From: Acidobacteriota bacterium
Lineage (GTDB): Bacteria; Acidobacteriota; Polarisedimenticolia; SMYD01
DNA length: 64,000 nt
Reading direction: 5' to 3'
NCBI GenBank assembly: GCA_046757965.1
Contig: JBHHZI010000003.1
Coordinates: 795 to 64,794 of the forward strand
Both the position numbers and the translations under genes were made by a program. How positions within the stretch are numbered: the first letter of the stretch is position 1; every line of letters begins with the position of its first letter. Under the pieces are notes generated by a model, which was given only the letters and a program-made list of their open reading frames with translations, made no database searches and had not been told where the DNA came from. This document shows positions 1 to 10,118 of this stretch, one piece after another.

Positions 1-2299
1 CGGACCGCTCCATCACCTCATCGGCTCTGGCGACGACCTGCTTGCGAGTCCGCTGAATCTCCTGGAACGACCCGACGAGAGGGATCATGATCTCCGGCCG
101 GACATCGACGCGCTCCTCCGCAAGATGGCAGGCCGCCTCGAAGATCGCCTGGACCTGGACATCGTAGATCTCCGGATGTGAGAGGCCCAGACGACATCCC
201 CGATGCCCGAGCATCGGGTTCATCTCGGTCAGCGCCTCGATGGTCTCGGCCAGGCGCTCCACCGTCACGTCCAGTTCACGCGCCACGGCCTCCGTCTCCG
301 CCCGGGCCCGGGGAAGAAACTCGTGAAGAGGCGGGTCGAGAAGCCGGATGGTGACCGGCAGACCCTCCATGGCGCGGAAGATGCCGGCGAAATCCTCACG
401 CTGCAGAGGCAGGATGCGGGCCAGCGTCGCCTGCCGGGCCTCACGACCGTCGGCCAGGATCATCGCCCTCACCGCGCGGATCCGCTCGGGGTCGAAGAAC
501 ATGTGCTCGGTGCGGCACAGCCCGATCCCTTCCGCTCCAAAGAGGCGGGCCACTCGCGCATCTTCCGGTTCGTCCGCGTTCGCTCGCACGCCCAGCCGCT
601 TGAATTCCCCGGCCCACCCGAGAAGTCGGAAGAACAGCCGATGAACCTCGGAGTGATCGGCGGAGAGCGTGCCATCCACGACGACCCGCACGATATCGGA
701 CGGATGCGTGGAGATCTGTCCGAGGATCAACTCGCCGGTGGACCCGTCGATGGAGACCCAGTCGCCCTGGCGAATGATCCGATCCCTCACGCGGATCTGC
801 TTGGTCCGCGGGTCGATCACCAGGTCCCCGCAGCCGACGACACACGATTTTCCGCGACCGCGCGCCACCACGGCCGCATGCGACGTCATGCCGCCCCGGG
901 CGGTCAGGATGCCCTCGGCGGCCTCCATCCCCTCGATATCCTCCGGGGATGTCTCCGTCCTGACGAGGATCACCTTCTGTCCCTCGTTCCGGACCATGTC
1001 GACCGCCTTCTCGGCCGACAGGACCACCCGGCCGCAGGCTGCACCGGGACCGGCGGGAAGACCGCTTGCCACGACGCGCCCCTCGGCCAGCGCCTCGGCC
1101 TTGGCCTGCGGCGGAAAGACCGGCGCGAGCAGTTGGACGAGCTGGTCGGGCGCGACGTTGCGCAGCGCCTGCGCCTTGCCGATCCGCCCCTCATCGACCA
1201 TCTCCACGGCGATGCGAACGGCGGCCAGACCGGTGCGCTTGCCTGTGCGGGTCTGCAGCATGTAGAGCTTGCGGTGCTCGATGGTGAACTCGATGTCCTG
1301 CATGTCGTGATAATGGCGCTCCAGTCGATCGGCGATATCCACCAGCCGGGACCAGACGTCGGGCATGGCGCACTCCAGCGACCTGTCATCGACTCCGGGC
1401 TCCACTCCTTCCCGGTTGATCGGCCGGGGGGTCCGGATACCGGCAACGACGTCCTCTCCCTGGGCATTGGGCAACCACTCGCCGTAGAAGCGCTTCTCTC
1501 CGGTGGATGGATCTCGTGTGAAGGCCACGCCGGTGGCACAGTCCTCGCCGAGATTGCCGAACACCATGGACTGGACGTTCACGGCGGTACCCAGATCCGC
1601 CGGGATCCCGTGGATCCGGCGATAGGACACGGCACGCTTGTTGTTCCACGAGGAAAACACCGCCTCGATGGCGCCGAAGAGCTGCTGCTGTGGGTCCTCC
1701 GGAAATGGCTGCCCGGCCTCCCGGGCAACCAGATCCTGGTAGATCCTGACCAGCTCGGCCCAGTCCCGGGCCTGCAGCTCGGTGTCGTCGGTCAGATGCC
1801 GCGAGGCCTTCATCTCGGCAAGCACCGTCTCGAACAACTCGGCCGGCAGACCGAGCACCACGTTGCCGTACATCTGGATGAATCGACGGCGGCAATCCTG
1901 GGCGAAGCGCTCATCACCCGAGACCCGCGCCAGGGCTCTCACGGTGCTGTCATTGAGCCCGAGATTGAGAACCGTGTCCATCATGCCCGGCATCGAGATC
2001 GCCGCGCCCGACCTCACCGAGATCAGCAACGGCTTCTCCTTGTCACCGAATCGCTTGCCGGTGACCTCTTCCAGCCGTGCCAGCGCCTCGTTCACCTGTT
2101 GCGCCAGCCCATCCGGCAGTCGTTCCCCCTGATCGAGGAATTCCCGACACGCCGCTGCGGAGATGGTGAAGCCCGGAGGAATCGGCAATCCCAGATTGGT
2201 CATCTCCGCGAGATTCGCGCCCTTCCCTCCCAGTTCCTCTCGCATCGACGCATCGCCTTCCGCGACGCCCTCGCCGAAGGAATAGACGACCTTCTTCAC
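1..2299 (-). CDS. ppdK: pyruvate phosphate dikinase, N-terminal ~766 aa; the C-terminus lies beyond the window start
   Basis: The minus-strand frame is open from a GTG at 2299 (GGAGGG 6 nt upstream) to position 1, and the track lists no ORF in that frame. My own translation reads [34 protein letters not shown]...RFGDKEKPLLISVRSGAAISMPGMMDTVLNLGLND, which is the PPDK N-terminal signature. The start overlaps the glyS stop. Confidence 0.75.
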   Translation of the reverse strand, partial: MKKVVYSFGEGVAEGDASMREELGGKGANLAEMTNLGLPIPPGFTISAAACREFLDQGERLPDGLAQQVNEALARLEEVTGKRFGDKEKPLLISVRSGAAISMPGMMDTVLNLGLNDSTVRALARVSGDERFAQDCRRRFIQMYGNVVLGLPAELFETVLAEMKASRHLTDDTELQARDWAELVRIYQDLVAREAGQPFPEDPQQQLFGAIEAVFSSWNNKRAVSYRRIHGIPADLGTAVNVQSMVFGNLGEDCATGVAFTRDPSTGEKRFYGEWLPNAQGEDVVAGIRTPRPINREGVEPGVDDRSLECAMPDVWSRLVDIADRLERHYHDMQDIEFTIEHRKLYMLQTRTGKRTGLAAVRIAVEMVDEGRIGKAQALRNVAPDQLVQLLAPVFPPQAKAEALAEGRVVASGLPAGPGAACGRVVLSAEKAVDMVRNEGQKVILVRTETSPEDIEGMEAAEGILTARGGMTSHAAVVARGRGKSCVVGCGDLVIDPRTKQIRVRDRIIRQGDWVSIDGSTGELILGQISTHPSDIVRVVVDGTLSADHSEVHRLFFRLLGWAGEFKRLGVRANADEPEDARVARLFGAEGIGLCRTEHMFFDPERIRAVRAMILADGREARQATLARILPLQREDFAGIFRAMEGLPVTIRLLDPPLHEFLPRARAETEAVARELDVTVERLAETIEALTEMNPMLGHRGCRLGLSHPEIYDVQVQAIFEAACHLAEERVDVRPEIMIPLVGSFQEIQRTRKQVVARADEVMERS

Positions 2300-4431
2300 G
2301 ACGTGCCCTCCACAACGATCTCGGCAAAATCGGCTCGTCCAGCGTACAGTCCCGCCACCGACGCCAGCAGACCCAGACGGTTCCGCCGGCGATCGGGGTC
2401 CTCGGTGAGGACCATCACCCCATCGAAGAATCGATCCACCTGGGGCCGGAGCGATGCGATGGCTGCCAGCGCCGCCCGCTCGTCGCGCGCGGCGTCCGCT
2501 CGCCGGACCCGGTCCGCCGCCGCCACCGCAGCGGCATGAAGCTCCTTCTCCACGTCCGCGTCGAGCAATGACTCATCCACCGTCGCCGCGGGAACATCGG
2601 TGCCGGCGGCCCTCGCCTGTTCCAGGATGTTCCGTATGCGCTTGGATGCCGCGGCGAGCGCCTCGAAATCGTCCTCCCCGCGGATCGATGTCAGGGCCTC
2701 GAGACGGGCCGCGGCGTGGCATGGCACCTCCCAGCCGGCAGCGATGACGGCGGCGATCGAGTCATACCGGTGGCCCCGCTGCTCGAACAGGAACCGGAGA
2801 CGGCCCTCGATGAAGTTCAGCACACGCTCTCGCAGGACCGCCGGCTCCACCTTCCAGGGCACCGCGTCGCCGTGGCCGGCCAGCGCGGCATCCACCGCGT
2901 CAGCCACGGAGATCTCGACCGGCTGCTCCACCAGGATACGCACCAGGCCGAGAGCGGCTCGCCGGAGAGCAAAAGGATCCCGTGACCCCTTCGGCACGAC
3001 GCCGACGCCCATGAGGCCCACGAGATTGTCGAGACGATCCGCCACCGAGAGAAGGCCACCTGTGACCTCCCGGGGCAGAGGCTCATCGATCCCCTCCGGC
3101 CGGTACTGATCGTAGACGGCTCGCCAGACCGGCCCCGGTTCGTCATCCTCGCGGGCGTAGAGCCCGCCGACGATGCCCTGCAGCTCGGGAAACTCGTTCT
3201 CCATCAGCGTGGTGAGATCACACTTCGAGAGCAGAGCCGCCCGCGCCGCCTGACCCACCTGCTCCTTGGAGAGGCCGACCTGCTCGCCAAGCCAAGACAC
3301 CAGGCGAGCGAGACGCCTGGTCTTGTCCGCGTACGATCCCAGCTCGGCGTGGAAGCGCGTCCGTTCCAGCAGTTCCTGCCGATTCGCCAGCGGTTGCTTC
3401 CGGTCCTCGTCGTAGAAGAAGCGGGCATCGCTCAGGCGCCCCTCGATCACACGTTCGTATCCCCGGCCGATGGCGCCGGTCGTGTCATCCGGTGTGTTCA
3501 CGACGGCGACGAATCGGCCACGCAGGTCACCGGTGGGACCGGCGACGGAGAAACAGCGCTGGTGGTGGCGCAGCGTCGTGGTGAGAACCTCCGACGGCAG
3601 CTCGAGAAAGTGCTCGGGAATGGTACCCGGCAGGCAGCCGGGATACTCGACCAGATTCGTGACAATGCCCACGAGACCGGGATCGCTGACCACGTGGCCA
3701 CCGACAGCCTCGGCCGTGGCCGTGATCGCCTCCTGGATACGGGCCCGGCGGGCGTCGCAATCCGGCCAGACCTCCGCGTCTTGCAGACGGGACACGTATT
3801 CCGCCGGACTGGCGAGCGACACGGGGGAATGGCTCGACCCCCGGCGGGGTTGCGATACGCGGCCGGCCATCACACCTGCGACCTGCACACAGACCACATC
3901 CTCGCCATGCAGGACCACGAGCCACCGGATCGGGCGCACGAACTCCAGTCCGCCCTCTCCCCAGGCCATCGTCTTCGCAAAGCTCAGCGACAGGATCGTC
4001 GACGGCAGCCCCTCGGCAAGGATCTCCGCCGCCGTTCGGCCCCGGTCCAGCTTTCGCACGGCGAGGACCGGGCCTCTCGGTCCATCGACGGTGAGCAGAT
4101 CCTCCACGGCCACCCCGTGACCTGCGGCAAAACCGATCGCCGCCGGGGTCGGTCCGCCGTCAGCGTCGAAGGATGCGGAGACGGGCGGCCCGGTGATCTC
4201 CTGGGTCCGCTCCTCCTGCCGCCGGGAAACGCCGTGAACCACCACCGCCATGCGGCGGGGGGTGGCAAAGCTGCGGCAAGACGCCGCATCGGCGTCCCCC
4301 ACCAGACGGGCATCCACGAGCAGTGCCACCACCGCCGATGCGAGATCGTCGCGGCCTCGGTCCAGCATCCGGTCGGGAATCTCCTCGCACCCGACCTCGA
4401 CGAGAAGCGGGGCGCTGTCAGGCTTGGTCAC
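2296..4431 (-). CDS. glyS: glycyl-tRNA synthetase beta subunit
   Basis: ORF 2296..4986 contains [19 protein letters not shown] and RPIRWL, which are GlyS hallmarks. The N-terminal ~185 aa of the listed ORF overlap glyQ and are not real; a GTG at 4431 gives a GTGA overlap with the glyQ stop. Confidence 0.8.
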   Translation of the reverse strand: MTKPDSAPLLVEVGCEEIPDRMLDRGRDDLASAVVALLVDARLVGDADAASCRSFATPRRMAVVVHGVSRRQEERTQEITGPPVSASFDADGGPTPAAIGFAAGHGVAVEDLLTVDGPRGPVLAVRKLDRGRTAAEILAEGLPSTILSLSFAKTMAWGEGGLEFVRPIRWLVVLHGEDVVCVQVAGVMAGRVSQPRRGSSHSPVSLASPAEYVSRLQDAEVWPDCDARRARIQEAITATAEAVGGHVVSDPGLVGIVTNLVEYPGCLPGTIPEHFLELPSEVLTTTLRHHQRCFSVAGPTGDLRGRFVAVVNTPDDTTGAIGRGYERVIEGRLSDARFFYDEDRKQPLANRQELLERTRFHAELGSYADKTRRLARLVSWLGEQVGLSKEQVGQAARAALLSKCDLTTLMENEFPELQGIVGGLYAREDDEPGPVWRAVYDQYRPEGIDEPLPREVTGGLLSVADRLDNLVGLMGVGVVPKGSRDPFALRRAALGLVRILVEQPVEISVADAVDAALAGHGDAVPWKVEPAVLRERVLNFIEGRLRFLFEQRGHRYDSIAAVIAAGWEVPCHAAARLEALTSIRGEDDFEALAAASKRIRNILEQARAAGTDVPAATVDESLLDADVEKELHAAAVAAADRVRRADAARDERAALAAIASLRPQVDRFFDGVMVLTEDPDRRRNRLGLLASVAGLYAGRADFAEIVVEGTS

Positions 4432-5363
4432 GACGAGGACCCCCTGCCGGTTGCCCTCGCTGGCTCGTCTGCTGCCAGGATCCGGCCCGCCTCGTCGGAG
4501 GGCAGCAGCGGGTATCCATCGGCGGCTCGCTGCTCGAGCCATCGAGAGGCCGCGGCGCACGCGAGCCGGCGAATTCGGCCGATGTAGGCCGGTCTCTCGG
4601 TCACCGAGATGGCGCTGCGAGCATCGAGCATGTTGAAGACGTGCGAGCAGCGCAGGGCGTTCTCGTAGGCGGGCAGGACGAGGCCCGCCTCGAGGGTCCG
4701 GATCGATTCGCTCTCGTGCCGCGTGAACAGATCGTGGAGCAGTGCCGTGTCGGCAGTCTCGAATGCATAGGCGGACTGCTCGAACTCGTCGCGCTTGCGA
4801 ACCTGGCCGTAGGTGAGATTCTCGTTCCATCGGAGATCGAACACGTTGTCGATACCCGACAGATACATGGCGATGCGTTCGACACCGTAGGTGATCTCGA
4901 CCGGTATCGGCCTCAGTTCCGTCCCTCCGACCTGCTGGAAGTAAGTGAACTGGGTGATCTCCATGCCGTCGAGAAGCACCTGCCATCCCACCCCGGCAGC
5001 GCCGAGAGTGGGCGATTCCCAGTTGTCTTCCTCGAACCGGATCTCGTGCTGTCCGGCCACGACACCGAATGCCGCGAGCGATTCGAGATAGGTATCCTGG
5101 ACGTCTTCGGGACTCGGCTTGAGCACCACCTGGAACTGGTAGTGCTTGTACAGCCGGTACGGGTTGTCACCGTAGCGCCCGTCCACGGGGCGGCGGGACG
5201 GCTCGCAGTAGGCCACCCGCCAAGGCTCGGGGCCCAGCGCCCGGAAAAACGTGTCCGGGTTCATGGTGCCGGCCCCGACCTCGAGGTCGTAGGGCATCTG
5301 CAGGGCACAGCCGCGATCGGACCAGAAACGCATCAGCGCCAGCAGAAGTTCCTGGAAAGTCAT
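4428..5363 (-). CDS. glyQ: glycyl-tRNA synthetase alpha subunit
   Basis: [19 protein letters not shown]...YKHYQFQVV...FTYFQQVGG aligns with GlyQ throughout. The true start is M77 of the listed ORF, and its ATG overlaps the recO stop as ATGA. Confidence 0.85.
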   Translation of the reverse strand: MTFQELLLALMRFWSDRGCALQMPYDLEVGAGTMNPDTFFRALGPEPWRVAYCEPSRRPVDGRYGDNPYRLYKHYQFQVVLKPSPEDVQDTYLESLAAFGVVAGQHEIRFEEDNWESPTLGAAGVGWQVLLDGMEITQFTYFQQVGGTELRPIPVEITYGVERIAMYLSGIDNVFDLRWNENLTYGQVRKRDEFEQSAYAFETADTALLHDLFTRHESESIRTLEAGLVLPAYENALRCSHVFNMLDARSAISVTERPAYIGRIRRLACAAASRWLEQRAADGYPLLPSDEAGRILAADEPARATGRGSSS

Positions 5364-6142
5364 GCCGGCACTCCGGCCCGGGACCGGCCCGGAACCAGGG
5401 CGGCGGCCGTCCGGAACGGGCGATCGGTCAGGGTGAGGTACTGGTTCGAGGCGAACGTCCCGATGTCGCGCAGCGCCTGCACCCGTGTGGAACCATCGAG
5501 AGCTCGCCGCGGCGGCAGGGCGATGAATCGTTCGATGGCCGTCAATGCCGACGGCGAGAGCCTCCGGCGTGTGCCGGCCGGGGCAGGGCAACAGGCTGGA
5601 CAGACGACCTCACCCTGATCCGTGGCGACCGCCCCGACCCGTGCCAGCGAGCCCGAGCAGCGCGCACATCGCCGCAGGTCCGGCAGCAGTCCGGCGAGCT
5701 TAAGCGTCCAGATATCGAAGTAGCGGCAGACGCCGTACGCCTCGACCTGTGCCTCCAGGGCATCGCAGGTCGACTGTACGAGCCGGTACAGATGATCGTC
5801 CGCATCGCCCTCTCGTGAGAAGGCCTGTAACACCTCGGAGATGTATGCGGCGGCATAAAACGCCGGGACGTCGGAGCCGCCACCTGGCGTCGCCCGGAGC
5901 GGCGTGCAACGCTCGAGACGGCCCAGGTCGCGGCCTGTCCGCTGCCGGAAGCGGACCTCGACCTCGGCGAGCATGGACAGCGCTCCGCCGAACCGCTTGC
6001 GAGACGACGACGCCTGCGGCGCCACACCGCGCAGCTTGCCGGCCGCGCGTGAAAAGAGCGTGACGATGCGGTCGGCCTCGCCCAGCGCGTGGGTTCTGAG
6101 CACGAATGCCGTGGTCTCCACGAATCGCATGGACGTGGCCAT
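5360..6142 (-). CDS. recO: DNA repair protein RecO
   Basis: [41 protein letters not shown]... has the RecO N-terminal OB fold and a C-terminal Cys cluster. It is internal to listed ORF 5360..6637, starting at M166. Confidence 0.7.
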   Translation of the reverse strand: MATSMRFVETTAFVLRTHALGEADRIVTLFSRAAGKLRGVAPQASSSRKRFGGALSMLAEVEVRFRQRTGRDLGRLERCTPLRATPGGGSDVPAFYAAAYISEVLQAFSREGDADDHLYRLVQSTCDALEAQVEAYGVCRYFDIWTLKLAGLLPDLRRCARCSGSLARVGAVATDQGEVVCPACCPAPAGTRRRLSPSALTAIERFIALPPRRALDGSTRVQALRDIGTFASNQYLTLTDRPFRTAAALVPGRSRAGVPA

Positions 6143-7512
6143 CAGGTCAGCACCAGCCGGGTGGCGAGCTGAAAGAACACCAGGGTGGCCAGTATATCGA
6201 CGGATGTGGTGATGAACGGACCGGTGGCCACCGCAGGGTCGACGCCCATGCGGCGCAGCACCATCGGCACCAGGGAACCGATGGTGGCAGCGATGAGCAT
6301 CGAGCACAACAGCGAGAAACCGACCAGGGCGCCGAGATCCGAGGGAATATCGAGAACCAGCCAGCTGGTCAGCGCCAGCAGACCGCCATACAGCAGTCCC
6401 AGGATCAGCGCGATGCGCACCTCGCGGAACAGCACGGCCCACATCTCCCGGACCTCGATCCGGCCCGTGGCCAGCCCACGGACGATGGTCGTGGAGCACT
6501 GGGTGCCGATGTTGCCCCCCATGCCGAGGATCACCGGGATGAACCCGGCCAGAACCACCATCTGCGCCAGCACTCCCTGGAAGTGATTGATCACCCGGGA
6601 CGCCAGCAGCCCGCCGAAGAACGCGGCAAGAAGCCACGGAATGCGCAGCACCACGGCCCGGAGGATCGACTTCGAGATCCGTTCATCCTCGGAGGTTCCC
6701 GCCAGACGGTACACGTCCTCGGTCGCCTCCTCCTTGAGCACATCGATGACCTCATCGATGGCGATCACACCGACCAGCCGGTGCTGATCGTCCACCACCG
6801 GCACGGCCAGGAAATCGTACCGGGAGACGACCCGCGCGACCTCCTCCTGATCCGTCTCGGCCGTCACCGACACGATGTCGGTCGCCATGAATTCACGCAC
6901 CGGTGTATCGCGCGCCGCCAGGAGCAACTGACGCAACGACAGGACACCGACCAGGTGGCGGCGCTGGTCGAGCACGTAGACATAGAACGGCACCTCCACG
7001 TCGTCGCCCCGCGACTGGAGGGCCGTGACCGCTTCACCGGCGGTCAGGGTCTCCTGCACCGCAAAGAACGCCGGGCTCATGATCCGGCCGGCCGTCTCTT
7101 CGCCGTACTCGAGGAGGTAGCGCACCTCGCGCGCCTCGCGTCCCTGCATCGATTCCAGCAGGCTCTCCCGCTGGTCCTCGGTCCTCTCCGAGAGGAACTC
7201 CGCGGCGTCGTCCGGCGTCATCGCCTTGAGCACGGTGACCTGGACCGGTGGCTGGAGATGCTCGAGATAGGCCAGCCCGGGTTCGACGTGAAACTCGGGG
7301 AGGATCGCCGCAGCGAGCCCCGGATCGCGGCCGGCCACCGCCTGGAACACGGCCGGCTTCTCCCGCTCGGTCAGTTCCTTGAAGAGTGCGGGAACGTCCC
7401 CCGGGCGGATCTTGGACAGCAGATTGACGATGTTCCCGGCGGCGTTCCGGCGCAGGAGCTTGCGGAGCGACTCGACGAGAACCGTTCGGGAATGGCGCGG
7501 TGGTATGGCCAC
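6142..7512 (-). CDS. mgtE: magnesium transporter MgtE
   Basis: An N-terminal MgtE_N domain, tandem CBS domains and a C-terminal TM channel (GNIGTQ...) are all present. Confidence 0.85.
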   Translation of the reverse strand: MAIPPRHSRTVLVESLRKLLRRNAAGNIVNLLSKIRPGDVPALFKELTEREKPAVFQAVAGRDPGLAAAILPEFHVEPGLAYLEHLQPPVQVTVLKAMTPDDAAEFLSERTEDQRESLLESMQGREAREVRYLLEYGEETAGRIMSPAFFAVQETLTAGEAVTALQSRGDDVEVPFYVYVLDQRRHLVGVLSLRQLLLAARDTPVREFMATDIVSVTAETDQEEVARVVSRYDFLAVPVVDDQHRLVGVIAIDEVIDVLKEEATEDVYRLAGTSEDERISKSILRAVVLRIPWLLAAFFGGLLASRVINHFQGVLAQMVVLAGFIPVILGMGGNIGTQCSTTIVRGLATGRIEVREMWAVLFREVRIALILGLLYGGLLALTSWLVLDIPSDLGALVGFSLLCSMLIAATIGSLVPMVLRRMGVDPAVATGPFITTSVDILATLVFFQLATRLVLT

Positions 7513-7605
7513 GGACCTGTCATCCTGCTGGTGTGCTCCGGAAGCAAGAAGCGACCGGAGATCGGCTCCGGCGGCGAGCGGGAAATCTTAACACAATGGA
7601 TCGGG

Positions 7606-9222
7606 TCAGGCGCCCGGATCTGCTGCCCTGATGCGTAGATCCCGCCGGACCAGCAGGGTCAGGTGCCGCCCGTCGGGCATCCGGTGACTCTCGAGACGAT
7701 AGATGTCGTAGAGACCGGGCAGACGCGCCAGTTCCCGCTCGGATCGGTTATGGGGAACCCACGACAGATCGCCGCCTTGCTGGTCCAGCTTCACACCCCC
7801 GACGAGGATCACGCCAGGCCGGCGCCGGAAGACACTCTTCCCGTTGCCCTTCTCGTGTCCGGCCAGTCGTCCGGAGCCCAGCCTCCGGACCGGGGTCAGC
7901 GCGATCTCGCGATCGTTGAGCCCGAGCATGTCGATGGTCGGCAACCTCGATGTATACGGCAAGGCACCGGCAGGATTCACCGCCACCCACGTGCCGGGCG
8001 GTAGGTGCTGACGCAGCCAGCCGCCCACCATGCGCATGTCGCGTGTGTACCGGTTGCCTCCCTCCCACTCGCGTCTTGCAAAGACCCGTGATGGATGGAA
8101 TGTCGAGAGTGCCAGGGTCACGATCAGGATGCCCATACCGACCCGCGACACCATCGTGGGCCCGTCCGGCTGACCCGGCGACCGGCCTCCAACCCGGTCC
8201 AGGCCCAGGCCCAGCGACTCGATCCGGGCCGCCCCGTCGGTGACGAGCAGGTACAGGTACGGCAGAACAGGGATCAGGAAACGATAGGCCGGAAAGACGT
8301 CGCCACCCACCGCCGTCACATACACGACGTACCCCGAGCAGAGCAGCGCGGCGTAGCTACGCGTCCAGCCGGCGCGACGACCGGGCAGGACGGCGAAGAC
8401 GAGGAGCCACAACGGTCTCCCGGTGCCGTAGCCGGTGAATTTCCTGATGTAGCCGAACCCTCGGGTCAGCGAGTCGGCCGGCCCCCCGACCTTGGCGTGA
8501 AAGGTGTTCGGCAGCAGATCTCCGTAGTACCAGACAGTCCAGGCGCCGTAGGCGCCGACCAGCCCGCAGAACAGCATCGCCGCGGCCAGGTCCCCGCGGC
8601 TCACCATCGGGAGACGTCGCCGGATTCTCGCGCCGACCAGATGAGCCACCGTCAACCCGGCTATGAGCATGCCCTCGGGGCGGGTCAGACACGCCAGGGC
8701 GAGCAACAGGGCGGCCCGCCGGGGGAACGGCTGCTCGGGCCCCCGGTGCAGGTAGATCAGACCCGCCGCAAGAATCCACAGTGTGAACAGGCCGGTCTCC
8801 AGCCCGCGGATCGACCAGACCACGAAGCCCATGTTGGAGACGAGCAGGATGCCGGCGAGGTGGGCAGCCAGACGACCTGGGGCGACGACACGCATCGACC
8901 ACCAGACGGTCAGCCCCACGGTGGTCAGTCCGGCCAGAAATCCCACCGTGACGGACAGCAGCACGGGCGATATGCCGGCCGCGATCCCCGCGGCGGCGAG
9001 CAGCACCCAGAGGAAGTTCGTGTAACCCTGGACGGCTTCCCCGGGGTTGTACACCAGCCCGTTGCCGGCAACAAGATTGGCCGCGTAGCGGAAGGAGATG
9101 TAGGCGTCGTCGATCACCTCCACGCCGGAGGAGACGAACATGGCCGCGAAGCCGACGAACAGACCGGCCACCACGACCAGGGCCACCGCGACATGTGTCC
9201 GGGAAGACGTCATCTCCCGCAT
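7606..9222 (-). CDS. polytopic membrane protein, GT-C-like glycosyltransferase candidate
   Basis: 538 aa with at least 10 hydrophobic helices and an N-terminal [13 protein letters not shown] motif. I cannot assign a family. Confidence 0.45.
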   Translation of the reverse strand: MREMTSSRTHVAVALVVVAGLFVGFAAMFVSSGVEVIDDAYISFRYAANLVAGNGLVYNPGEAVQGYTNFLWVLLAAAGIAAGISPVLLSVTVGFLAGLTTVGLTVWWSMRVVAPGRLAAHLAGILLVSNMGFVVWSIRGLETGLFTLWILAAGLIYLHRGPEQPFPRRAALLLALACLTRPEGMLIAGLTVAHLVGARIRRRLPMVSRGDLAAAMLFCGLVGAYGAWTVWYYGDLLPNTFHAKVGGPADSLTRGFGYIRKFTGYGTGRPLWLLVFAVLPGRRAGWTRSYAALLCSGYVVYVTAVGGDVFPAYRFLIPVLPYLYLLVTDGAARIESLGLGLDRVGGRSPGQPDGPTMVSRVGMGILIVTLALSTFHPSRVFARREWEGGNRYTRDMRMVGGWLRQHLPPGTWVAVNPAGALPYTSRLPTIDMLGLNDREIALTPVRRLGSGRLAGHEKGNGKSVFRRRPGVILVGGVKLDQQGGDLSWVPHNRSERELARLPGLYDIYRLESHRMPDGRHLTLLVRRDLRIRAADPGA

Positions 9223-9385
9223 GGTACCTGGCGTCGTGCGCGTCCCGGCATCGGTGCCGCTGGTATACTCATGATGTGCGACACCACGATGCCTCCGTTT
9301 TCACTGGATGCGGGCCTGCCACAGCGCGGTGTTCTCGACACCGGTCAACCGTACGGGCACGCTCATCCATTCCGGCCAGGCGGTC

Positions 9386-10084
9386 ATGGCCACGCTGACG
9401 GTGCCGCGCGCCGCGGCACGCGCCGCCCGCGGTCCCCGCCACGACCGCCGGCGCCAGGCTCGTCGCGTCATCGACGCGCTGCGCGAGACGTATCCCGACG
9501 CTGACTGCGCTCTCGTCCATCGCAGTGCGTGGCAGCTTCTCGTGGCCACGATTCTCTCGGCCCAGTGCACGGACAGACGTGTCAACCAGGTGACCGGCCC
9601 TCTGTTCCGCCGCTTCCGATCCATCCGGAGCTTCGCGGCAGCCGACGTGAGTGAGATCGAGACACTCATCCGTTCCACGGGATTCTTTCGCAACAAGGCG
9701 CGGGCCATCCGGGATGCGGCCCGGTCCATCATCGCCGACCACAACGGCCGCGTGCCCCGGGAGATGGACGACCTCATCGCCCTGCCTGGTGTGGGACGCA
9801 AGACGGCCCACGTGGTGCGCGGCACATGGTTCCATCTGCCCGCCATCACGGTGGACACCCATGTCGGTCGCCTGTCTCGCCGACTCGGGCTCACCGCCGA
9901 GACCGACCCGGTCAAGGTGGAGCACAACCTCGCGGAGGTCTGGCCGGAAGCCGACCGGACCTTCTCATCCCACGCGCTCATCTGGCACGGTCGCCAGATC
10001 TGCGCCGCCCGTCGGCCCGCCTGTGGCGTCTGCTCGATGAGCGGCTTCTGCCCCTCGGCGTCCCATTACCTCGCCGCCTCGTGA
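9386..10084 (+). CDS. nth: endonuclease III
   Basis: HhH-GPD motif LPGVGRKTA, and C-terminal [4Fe-4S] ligands CAARRPACGVCSMSGFC. The start is taken at M27 of the listed ORF. Confidence 0.85.
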   Translation: MATLTVPRAAARAARGPRHDRRRQARRVIDALRETYPDADCALVHRSAWQLLVATILSAQCTDRRVNQVTGPLFRRFRSIRSFAAADVSEIETLIRSTGFFRNKARAIRDAARSIIADHNGRVPREMDDLIALPGVGRKTAHVVRGTWFHLPAITVDTHVGRLSRRLGLTAETDPVKVEHNLAEVWPEADRTFSSHALIWHGRQICAARRPACGVCSMSGFCPSASHYLAAS

Positions 10085-10118
10085 CGGCGCGGGAAGGGTC
10101 AACAGGGCGACCAGCGAC

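Noticed and set aside
203-2539. 778-aa plus-strand ORF
   Set aside because: Antisense to ppdK/glyS. Arg/Gly/Pro-rich low-complexity translation typical of high-GC antisense frames.
3349-5618. Plus-strand ORFs of 412 and 431 aa
   Set aside because: Antisense to glyS/glyQ, whose translations have clear family signatures. No domain content.
7513-7605. Possible M-box (Mg) riboswitch upstream of mgtE
   Set aside because: The intergenic region is only ~93 nt, too short for an M-box aptamer. It contains only a short hairpin, CCGGAG-ATCGG-CTCCGG, more likely a terminator for the upstream gene.
8095-9504. 469-aa plus-strand ORF
   Set aside because: Antisense to the 538-aa membrane protein. His/Arg/Gly-rich junk composition.
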